Shown in pieces: positions 54,421-64,000 of a stretch of DNA of 64,000 nucleotides. Location of the stretch: positions 13,206,001-13,270,000 of the forward strand of contig OZ024755.1 in assembly GCA_964016885.1 (NCBI GenBank), in the 5' to 3' direction. The notes beneath the pieces are model-generated. The model was given only the letters and a program-made list of their open reading frames with translations. It had not been told where the DNA came from and made no database searches. The first letter of the stretch is position 1, and each line of letters opens with the position of its first letter. A program made the position numbers and the translations under genes. The stretch is from Eledone cirrhosa. Lineage: Eukaryota.

Positions 54421-55710
54421 CTGGTTCTACATTACAATAAACCCAGTATACTCTGTAAAATGGTAGTGCTGGTGCCAAAATACAATACACCCAGTACACT
54501 CTCTAGAGTGGTAGTGCTGGTGCTATGAAAAAATGCACCTAATACATCCTGCAAAGTGGTTAGCATTATTAAGGGTATCCAACCAAAGAAACTATGCCAA
54601 AATATGGGACATATGAGCAAGATGAGTTCTCTTCGACCCATCTAGTTTCAGACTGTGAAAAGCTATTCAACCTATGTCAACATGGAATCCAGATGTGAAA
54701 CTATGATAATGATGATGATGATGATGATGTGTGGGGTCAGAGGGGTTTGCTGGAAGAATAAGGGCCAGTGATGTCATGGGACCGAAGGGCCTTGCTGAAA
54801 GTAGTGGGGCCCTGTGATGTCACAGGAGGGAAGGTAAGAAGCAACAGCGGGCGTTGCATGGGGAGGGGGAGTTTTCCACTTTCTCGGTCAATGAATGTTG
54901 GAGCAAAGGGTCGTGCATTTTTCTGCTACATGCATGGGGGTCACATGTGGGCCACGTGGGGACATTTTCTGGCAATAGAGTAAGATTGAGCTGGGCATTT
55001 AAGGACCATGGATATACTGCATTCTGGAGATCAACCAGCGAGACATCCCACAAAGTAGGTAACGATGATTATGATGATGATGATGATGGTGATGGTCATG
55101 ATGCTGATGGTGGTGATGATAATGGTGTTGATGATGGTGATGATGATGATGATGATTTTGACAATTTGAAATTAATAAAATTCAGTACTGATCAACATTC
55201 TACATTAAAAACACTTAGTGGAAAATCAAATAAAACGTTTATATTTGGCAATGCTTTTGTTCTTTGATAGTTAAAAATACTTAATCAATATTGTCATTGA
55301 AAAAATTGCACTGAAAAAATGTTGTATATTTACCTCTATACATACATACATATATATATACATACATATTTATGTATGCACATACATATATACATACATA
55401 CAAGATGTGTAATGGAATAACAGGCAGACTTTGTATGGGACATTTGGTAATAAGAACATCAGTGGAATAAACTTTTTCCAATCCTTTGGGGCTTCATAGA
55501 TGTGGTTGATAGCTTTTGCTACCCAGGTGACTTAATTAGCAATGGCTGAGGTTGCTCTGAGAGCATAGTAAGTAGCTAGACTTCTTAGGAAGGAAAAAGT
55601 TAAAGGGACTACTCCCTCATATTGCTTATGTATAGTCTCACATTCTACTGTATGCACAGGAGAGGTTGACACAGCTGAAGAACCCTTTTTCTTTTTTACA
55701 TGTGTGCATG

Positions 55711-55746
<36 letters not shown>

Positions 55747-56879
55747 TATATACGTATACACATATATATCCTCATCATCATCACCCTTATACGTCTGTTC
55801 TTCCACGCTAGCATGGGTTAGATGGGTCGTCCTGTTATGGGCAGTGACCAGTCGGCTGACTTTGTCTTGCTCATACTGGAACTGATTCTGGCTTGATTTC
55901 TACAGCTGGATGCCCTTCCTAACACCAACCTCATTTACAGTGAGTGCTGGGTGCTTTTTTTCTGTGGCGCCTACATGTCCACTTTACACACACACACATA
56001 TATATATATATTTTATATGTGTGTATGTGTATATGTAGGTAAGTATTGATAATACCAATTATGTCTAGTCAATAATAGTATACATGTTGTGTTATCTTTT
56101 GTGAAAGTTGATTTGGCCACACATGTAGTTGAAAGTAAGACAACAATCTGGAATATTTATGCTTATATTATGTCTATCAACAACCTATTATATTTATGTC
56201 AATCAACCTGCTCTAATGACAGCTGAGTGTTAAACACTTCTCACAGAAGTCTTGATTGAGTTTTTTGTCTTAAGTGTTTCACATGTCTGACAAGAGAAAA
56301 AATAACACCACCACCAATATCAACACCTGGTTGAAGAGGGCTTACACATGCCTTGAGGCATCTAGGTGATCTCCGACAGACTGGATATTCAGCAGCCCCT
56401 ATCTGGACCCTGGTCTGTCCTGGAATCCTTCTTGTCACCAGAACAATATGGGAATCAAGTCTGTGCATCTCCTGCTTCATTGGAATCTACTCATCTGTGC
56501 AGAACTCATCATATATAATAAACAATTACATAAGATATTTAGTCTTCTTGGTACAGAAAGCAGAATGGTATGGTATGGTCCTGTAACTTCTAGTGGTGTT
56601 GTAGGGGTGCTATATTGGCATACAGCATTTCTTGACATTTTAAGCCTGGTACTTTTTTTATCGACCTCAAAAGGATGAAACGCAAAGTTAATCTTGGCAG
56701 GATTTGAATTCAGAGAGCAGATAGCCAGACTGAATACTACAAAGCACTCTATTCGATGTTCTAATGACACTGATAATTTGCTGCCTTAGAAAGCAGAACA
56801 CCTAAGGCTAATTGAGGAAGCCCATAGATCTGCATCTCTGCCAATCAGCTACTTTGCCTATTTGATACCAGAGTTTAAA

Positions 56880-57002
56880 AAAGAAAAGTAGAACATTACA
56901 CTGACTTGAAATATGAAATCTTCAAGTGCTGGTATAAAGTAGTTGACAAGGTCATGATCCTGTCAATTGTCATTGGAACTTTGGGTTCTGTGATGAAGAA
57001 TT
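56880..57002 (+). mobile_element. R4/Rex6-like REL-endonuclease retrotransposon fragment
   Basis: LKYEIFKCWYKVVDKVMILSIVIGTLGSVMKN resembles the 'W...V.VIPIVIGALG' terminal motif; interrupted by a MITE. Confidence 0.5.
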
Positions 57003-57269
57003 TTAACCCATTAGCATTTACATTACTCTATATTTACTACTGCATTTTCATGGTAAAACACTTTATCTCACATAATATCGAATCTATGAGATTTTGAGAA
57101 CAATACCTTAACATCAGTATGAGCGGCTGGTTATGGGCAGTTTGAACTGAATGAGGTGAAAGAATTCTGGCTGGATACGACCGGTTTAAATGCGTTAAAG
57201 TAGATGAAGAACAAGACCTTAATCTTGGAGTAGGTGTGGTGTACAATATTTATTTAATTGGATCAGCAA

Positions 57270-57430
57270 GAATCATCCAGAAAAATGTTTATGTCTGAAA
57301 ATATCTTATATCTTTATAAATCTACTATTTACCCTTGTATTGAAAACTATTGCTACATCTGGTCTGGTGCTTCTGCTGTGTACCTTGAGGGTCTAGATAA
57401 AATCCAAAGAAGAATTATCAACATTATGTC
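57270..57430 (+). mobile_element. Decayed CR1/Jockey-group RT fragment
   Basis: LYLYKSTIYPCIENYCYIWSGASAVYLEGLDKIQRR resembles the LYKSxIRPxLEYCxxIW motif. Confidence 0.7.
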
Positions 57431-58164
57431 AGCTCTGAAGGTTGGCTGAAAAGTTCATCGACTGATTATGAAGGAGTGGTGCTAAAGCTGTGAAATTTTG
57501 CATGCATTAATTTTAACTCTTCTTATTAATAACTGCATTGTTTCTCTCCAAGGACTATGTTGAAAAATAAACCTTATTTGGTCATTCCACGAGAGTATCT
57601 TGGTCAGCTGTTGAACCTTTCAGCTAATCCTTGTATTTATTTAGTTACCATCATCACAACCATGCACAGACACATACTAACATACATGTACTTTACAATT
57701 ATCTATCAAATGTGCAAAACTGAAATATCATATATACACATGATCAGGACAAATAATGAAGATGATGACAACGATGATGCTGGCTTTGTCAAATGCAGAC
57801 TTTTATTTATATTTTTTAAATGTTTACATTTTTTTTTTCATAAAAAAAAAAATTTGGAACTTTATTTCATTAAAGAGAATGCATAGAATTTAAATTAGCT
57901 TTTATGATGATGATGATGATGATAATGATGGTGATGATAATAAATAAATTATCAAATATTAATTATAATTGCACAAACAGGTTTGTTTTGTTGTTTTTTT
58001 TTTAGAAAAATAAATACAAATTTCATTTTTTTTTATCCACCAAGACAGAACAAGGAAGGAGAAACTAAAACAGAGTTTTGGTCACGGGTGAAGATAAAAA
58101 CAGAAAGACATACACCAAGTGATTGAGCAGCACTTAAGTGGTTTCTTTCAATGTGTGGATGTGA

Positions 58165-58166
<2 letters not shown>

Positions 58167-58238
<72 letters not shown>
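58167..58238. repeat. (GT)n microsatellite
   Basis: Direct inspection. Confidence 0.98.
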
Positions 58239-58241
<3 letters not shown>

Positions 58242-58534
58242 GTAATCCATGCATGCATGGAATATTGGATGTAAAATGATAAATTATATATACATGTGTG
58301 TGTGTGTGTGTGTGTGCGTTTATTATATCTGTATGTGTGTGTATTTCTATATATATATATTAATAAAAGATTGGCGGCCATATTCAGTTGATTCAGGTTT
58401 ATTTAAAACTCCGTTATACATATTTCACTGAGGACTATCAATTATCAGATGGCAAAACCTAAAATAAGGAAAATTTTTAGATTCTTCCAAATTTAAAGGT
58501 TTCTTAGGAACTTTCTATGTTTATTTTAGGTTTT

Positions 58535-58595
58535 GCCACCTGAAGAGCCCAGGCTATCATAATTGATAGTCCTAAGTGAAATATGTATAACTGAG
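58535..58595 (+). ncRNA. Decayed type I hammerhead motif
   Basis: CTGAAGA-gcccAGGCTATCA(taat)TGATAGtCCTaagt-GAAATATGTATA; core intact, stem I eroded. Confidence 0.5.
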
Positions 58596-58673
58596 TTTAA
58601 AATAAACCTGAATCAACTGAATATGGCCTCCGATCTTTTATTAATATATATATATATATATATATACATATAC

Positions 58674-58704
<31 letters not shown>

Positions 58705-58952
58705 CACACACACATATGTATGTATGTGCATATGTGTGTGTATGTATTGAAGCCAAGCTGTATCTGCCACTCCTTGATGTTTATAAATAGATGTCATCAG
58801 TGGAGAGAATTTCTCATCACTCAACTATTGCAACGTTATTCAATATTTGTTAATGTTCACTTTCACCAGGATGTTTATTACATACAGTTTTCTGTAGTGA
58901 ATGTCTTTCCGAAAGATATGCTAGGGATACTAGTTTAAACAATGATGATGTG

Positions 58953-59128
58953 CTAAGTGATAGGCTTATCAATCACAACAACTCCTGCATAACTTCGTCC
59001 AGTCGCCATACATGAAGGTAATAAGGTCCATTTATTGTTTTTGGCATCATAGCACTCAATGGAGCCCAAATTTGAAGAACCATCATCTCCGCCTATCACA
59101 TACAAAAACCCTTCGTTTGTCACAACCC
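58953..59128 (-). CDS. KLHL2: Kelch-like protein, last coding exon
   Basis: GVVTNEGFLYVIGGDDGSSNLGSIECYDAKNNKWTLLPSCMATGRSYAGVVVIDKPIT-TAG; C-terminus resembles KLHL2/3. Confidence 0.95.
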
Positions 59129-59650
59129 CTGCAAAATAAACAATTACAATATCATATAATGGTGATAGTGTGTTAGGGTTAGGTACTTTTTTTTTACAAC
59201 AAGCAACAACAAGCATTTTAAGGCCATTTTCCCTGCTAAAACAATGAGTGGAACAGATTAAGTGAAGGGAGAAAGTGTATGTATGGTGAGTGAAGGGTGC
59301 AAGTGTAATGTGAGTGGAACAGGCTGTAGGGGGTGAGTAATAGAAGAAGGAGCAATCCACCCTTTCATTACCATATTTCTAATGAAAAACACTGCTAAAT
59401 GATTTTCAATTAGTTTTGAAAATTATCAAGAATTTAGAAGGATTTATTGATATAACTAACTTTCTCATTATTAAGCAACTGAGCTGCTTGGAATCTAAGG
59501 TTCTTACATAAAATTACAATGGAAATTTGTTTAGATACATATGAAGACTTTAAATTAACAGTTTGGTATTATAGAACCAGAGATAATTTAGGCACACTGG
59601 TACCAAAAGGTTTAAGATGTGATGAAATAATTATTTTCTGTTTAACATAC

Positions 59651-59791
59651 CGGCATTTCTACGACAAAAATGCATGTCTGCAACCAGACTCCATGAATTA
59701 GTTTGTGGGTTGTAAACTTCCACACTTTTGCGCACAAGGGGGCCATCATGGCCTCCAACTGCATACAATAAGCCATCAACAACCCCTACAC
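59651..59791 (-). CDS. KLHL2: Kelch-like protein exon
   Basis: GVGVVDGLLYAVGGHDGPLVRKSVEVYNPQTNSWSLVADMHFCRRNA; 141 nt. Confidence 0.95.
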
Positions 59792-60234
59792 CTAAACGAA
59801 AAAAAAGAAAAAGAAAAATGACATTTTCAGATCTTTTAATGTTTTAGTAAAACGTATCTAAAGATCTGTTTGTTAATTCAAATGTTTATAGTATTTTTAC
59901 TAATAGACACAACATTATGAACATTTACAGTTTTAAACTAAATACTTATTCAATCATAAATGAAGCACATGCAAGACCATTAATTAATTCTTAACATCTT
60001 AATGAATGAGTAGAAAATATATAAAAATGGGTTTATTGATTCAAATGTTTATAGTAACTATCCTAGTGGACAGATTGTTCTGAAAAACCACAGTACTAAA
60101 GTAAAGACATTCATTGTTAATGTGATGCTGTCATAGAGCTGTTTTGTACTTTTCAAGAATGTTTTGCTAATGCAGTTTCATGCTGCACAAGGCATTAACA
60201 ATTAAAGAACATATGTCAGAAAAGTTTGGCATAC

Positions 60235-60363
60235 CAGCACCACTTCTTCTACAAGACATTTCTGCAGCTGGGTTCCAGGAGTTTGCTACGGGATCAAAAT
60301 ATTCCACTGTACTTAAACATTGTCTTGAACAACCATCATAGCCCCCTACTGCATAAAGAAAAC
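60235..60363 (-). CDS. KLHL2: Kelch-like protein exon
   Basis: GFLYAVGGYDGCSRQCLSTVEYFDPVANSWNPAAEMSCRRSGA; 129 nt. Confidence 0.95.
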
Positions 60364-60799
60364 CTACAACAAAATATAAAAACACATTAAGGAACACACA
60401 GAGAAAGAAAGAAGAGGGTACCCCCTTTGGTCATGACTGGCCATAGGTTGGCATCACTGCAACCCATTTTTTTTCCAGCCGAGAGGATTGGAGCAAATGT
60501 GAAATAAAGTGTCTTGCTCAAGGACACAATGCATCTATTGGTCTGGGATTTGAACTCAGATTGTGAGCCCAAATCCCTAACCACTAAGCCATGCACCTAG
60601 TCATCAATAGTAATAAAAATAATGTAGTCTGAATCCTCCCTAATATATAACTAGTACTTAGTTTGTCAATCTAAGATGTGCAAAGTAATCGAAGTTAGAA
60701 CATATAAAGGGGAGATAAGCACTTGTTTTAAGTGTAATAAATTTAGTTGACCTCCAGCTCTATTTTAATCAACACTGGAAACATAAAAAGCACAGTCTT

Positions 60800-61710
60800 C
60801 TTCAGTAAGGATGAAAGGCAAAGATGACCACGGTGGGATTTGAATTAAGTGCGTAAAGAGCTTCAACAGATACCACAAAGAACTTATCTGACACTCTAAC
60901 GATTCTGCCAATCTACAACCCTTGAGATAATAATAATTGTTTCTACTTTAGGCACAAGGCCAGCAATTACCCAGTGCATTACTGGTACTTTATTTTATCG
61001 ACCCCGTAAGGATGAAAGGCAAAGTCAACCTCAGCGGGATTTGAACTCAGATCATAAAGGGACGTAACTATGCTGGAAAGCATGGCGTCCGACTTCTTAT
61101 ATAGGCATAAGGCCAACAATTTTGGTGGGGAAAGTCGATAAAATCGACCCCAGTGCGTGACTGGTACTTTATTTTATCGACCTCGTAAGGATGAAAGGCA
61201 AAGTTAACCTCGGCGGGATTTGAACTCAGATCATAAAGGACTGTATCTCTATGCTGCAAAGCATGGCGTCCGACCCTCTACCGATACTGCCAATCTACCA
61301 TTGATTTCTGATTTAGGCACAAAGCTAGCAATTTTTTGGGAGGGTAAAGTCAATTAAATTGACCGCAGTGCATTACCAGTGCTTTACTTTACTGACCCCC
61401 GTAAGGATGAAAGGCAAAGCTCACCTTGGTGGGATATGAACTGAGAAGGTAAAGGGCCGTAACTCGATACGCGTAGCAAGGTGTCCGACGCTTTACCGAT
61501 ACTGCCATAATAATAATAATAATAATAATTGTTTCTACTTTTGGCTCAAGGCCATCAATTATCCCAGTGCATTACTGGTACTTTATTTTATCGACCCCGA
61601 TGAAAGGCAAAGTCAACCTCGGCGGGATTTGAACTCAGATCGTAAAGGGACGTAACTATGCTGGAAAGCATGGTGTCTGATCCTCTACCGATACTGCCAA
61701 TCCACCACCC
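60800..61710 (-). mobile_element. Tandem cluster of about 5 tRNA-derived SINE copies in a kelch intron
   Basis: Repeated gaccccgtaaggatgaaaggcaaagttaacctcggcgggatttgaactcag (reverse B-box GAGTTCAAATCCC); the family also occurs at about 2850-3065, 5160-5370, 15490-15670, 46465-46630, 48200-48800 and 63357-63566. Confidence 0.85.
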
Positions 61711-61711
61711 T

Positions 61712-61758
<47 letters not shown>

Positions 61759-61811
61759 TAATAATAAAAACACACCGCCCTTATAATAATAATAATAATA
61801 ATAATAATAAC

Positions 61812-61913
61812 CTCCAATAACACCAACTCCAACACTACTTCTTCGAATACTCATTGATGCAACTGATTTCCACAGTCCTGTCTTTACATCGTAACATTCA
61901 GCACAATCAAAAC
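61812..61913 (-). CDS. KLHL2: Kelch-like protein exon
   Basis: GFDCAECYDVKTGLWKSVASMSIRRSSVGVGVIG; 102 nt; donor GAG|GTTATT. Confidence 0.92.
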
Positions 61914-62886
61914 CTACAGTAACAGAGAAAATATTTGTATAAAATGAAATAAAAAATAAATACACTTTTTATATTATATAATAAATGTATCAGGAAGGCA
62001 TAGCAGAAAGATAATGTAAAGGGTTTTAAATTAACAGGGACCTTGTTATGTCTTGTGGGATCACAGATTTGTTCCTCTCCAAGACACAAGCCTATGGCAA
62101 GGTCTATGTGGAAAAGTAGCTGTTACCAATACCTGTATATCTCATCTCTCCACAACATTTATGACCGAGAGAAAGGCCAAGAGCAGACACAGCTTGGCAC
62201 CGGTGCTATCACAAGTGAAGTGAGATGCCCATTCATTCCACTCACCTATCTCTATGCCAATGATATTCATCATCCTCATTTAATGACCATTTTTCTATGC
62301 TAGCATGGGTTAAACAAGTATATTGTGAGGCAAGCAAGATCAGATGACCATGTCTTGCTCATATAGAACTGATTCTGGCTTGGCTTCTACGGCTGGATGC
62401 CCTTCCTAACACCAACCACATTTACTGTGTGTATTTTCCAAGGGAAAAACAAAGACTGATACAGCTTGGCACATATGTTGTTGATAGTGATCTTTTCCAG
62501 CTGAGTGGAATGGAGCAATGTGAAATAAAGTGTCTTCTTGTTCAAGGACAATGTGTAAGGTGGTTGGGGAATTTAACTAACAATCTTACGATCACGAATC
62601 AAGCACTCTAACCACTAAGCCACACTTGTCATAAACTAATCATCATTATCATCGTTTAAAATCCATTTCCCACACTAGCATGGGTTAGATGAGTTGTCTT
62701 GTTGTTACACAAGTCAGATCAGATGTCTACGTCTTGCTCATAGAGAACCGTTTCTGACTTGGTTGTATACGAGCAAGACACAACCATTAACCAGTCAGGG
62801 AATAGAAGTACAATCTTACAGTCATGACCACAGCACTCCAACCACTAAGCCACACTTTTCATAAACTAATGTATTCCTATACTTAC

Positions 62887-63084
62887 CCGATGAACCATCA
62901 AATCCACCAACAGCATAAATGAGATCATTGAGTAAAGCAACTCCCAATGTACTTCGACGTGCCTTCATACTCTGGCATGTAATCCAGACATCTTTGACAG
63001 GGTCATATGCATCAACTTCTCGTACCCTCAGTGAACCACTGAAGCCACCGACAACATACACCAAACCATTAACAACAGCTACCC
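62887..63084 (-). CDS. KLHL2: Kelch-like protein (KLHL2/KLHL3/Drosophila kelch type), internal exon; 5' part of gene lies beyond the window
   Basis: GVAVVNGLVYVVGGFSGSLRVREVDAYDPVKDVWITCQSMKARRSTLGVALLNDLIYAVGGFDGSS; 198 nt, phase 1-1. Confidence 0.95.
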
Positions 63085-63565
63085 CTGCAAGATGGAACAT
63101 ATTTAGTTTTAAGGACAGCAAAAACACTCATCTTTCTTTACCGATGTCTATCTACAATATGTAAAGATGTAAAGAATGATAAACTATCTTATGGAGCAGA
63201 GTTTCAGTTGTGAAGCAGATGTTTTTTACTATTATCTCACCCACATTTATCTTTTTAACACTTTCATGACTGTATTTCTAATGAAATACACTCTATTCCA
63301 ATTAATTAAGAAAGAATTTTGAAGGTTTTACTAAAATTATTATTATTTCATTACTAAGGCGGTGAATTGGCTGTATTGGTAGAGCATCGGACGACATGCT
63401 TTGTGGCATAGAGTTACGACCCTTTCGGTTCTGAGTTTGAGTCGCGCCAGGGTCAACTTTGCCTTTCACCCTTATGTGGTTGATAAAATAAAGTATCAGT
63501 CAAGTACTGGGGTTGATATACTTGACTTTTCTCTCCCCCCAAATTACTGGCCTTGTGCCTAATGT

Positions 63566-63875
63566 ACCACTTTACAATGTGGACTGAGTGCTTTTTGTCA
63601 TGGCACCAACACAACCACCTTACAATGTGGACTGGGTGCTTTTTTACATGGCACCAACACAACCACCTTACAATGTGGACTGCGTGCTTTTTTACATGGC
63701 ACCAACACAACCACCTTACAATGTGGACTGGGTGCTTTTTTACATGGCACCAACACAACCATCTTACAATGTGGACTGGGTGCTTTTTGTCATAGCACCA
63801 ACACAACTACCGTACAATGAAGACTGAGTGCATTTTATCACAGCACTTTATAGAGTGCACTGGGTGTATTTTATC
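63566..63875. repeat. 45-bp tandem repeat derived from the SINE-internal unit
   Basis: accaccttacaatgtggactgggtgcttttttacatggcaccaacaca, about 6 copies. Confidence 0.92.
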
Positions 63876-64000
63876 ATGTAGTTTGTAATAGATTTACACA
63901 AGTTCGAAGAAGAAGAAGAAGAAGAAGTTCTAATATAATAATAGCAAATTACATTTGTAACTAAAAAAAAAATTCAAAGGTTTGAAGGATTAAACTGAAA

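Noticed and set aside
54148-54528. Poly-Val / poly-Pro-Leu ORFs (also poly-Met 18036-18359 and poly-Asp 54854-55267)
   Set aside because: Trinucleotide microsatellite translations.
58930-58955. Stop-codon readthrough as in Drosophila kelch
   Set aside because: The stop is TAG, followed by only five codons (CAC ATC ATC ATT GTT) and then TAA; there is no ORF2.
63566-63875. CRISPR-like regular repeats (also 50585-50920 and 15844-16141)
   Set aside because: Head-to-tail tandem units without unique spacers, no cas genes, eukaryotic context.

Overview
AT-rich, microsatellite- and SINE-dense animal genomic DNA whose repeat landscape is most consistent with an octopus/cephalopod (inference, not confirmed). 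Three intron-containing protein genes can be reconstructed by hand. (1) A CDKL2/3-like kinase on the minus strand (ATG 19474, about 9 coding exons, about 486 aa) with a GC-AG intron and an atypical T-G-Y activation loop. (2) A divergently oriented 9-exon C2H2 zinc-finger gene on the plus strand (30478-41368, 680 aa) with a DHCY HCF-1-binding-type motif. (3) The last five exons of a KLHL2/KLHL3/kelch orthologue on the minus strand (63084-58953). The rest is tRNA-derived SINEs, piggyBac/mariner/Tigger-type MITEs, decayed CR1, RTE, R4-like and Penelope fragments, and mini/microsatellites. The most notable unexplained signal is a set of short fold-back (palindromic) elements embedded in (TA)n tracts. 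Each carries a complete, half or decayed type I hammerhead ribozyme motif (CUGANGA...GAAA...UH), and the fold-back point often lies at the ribozyme's stem II or cleavage site. A decayed Penelope-type GIY-YIG endonuclease lies in the same window. All structures were read by eye; none were computed or searched.
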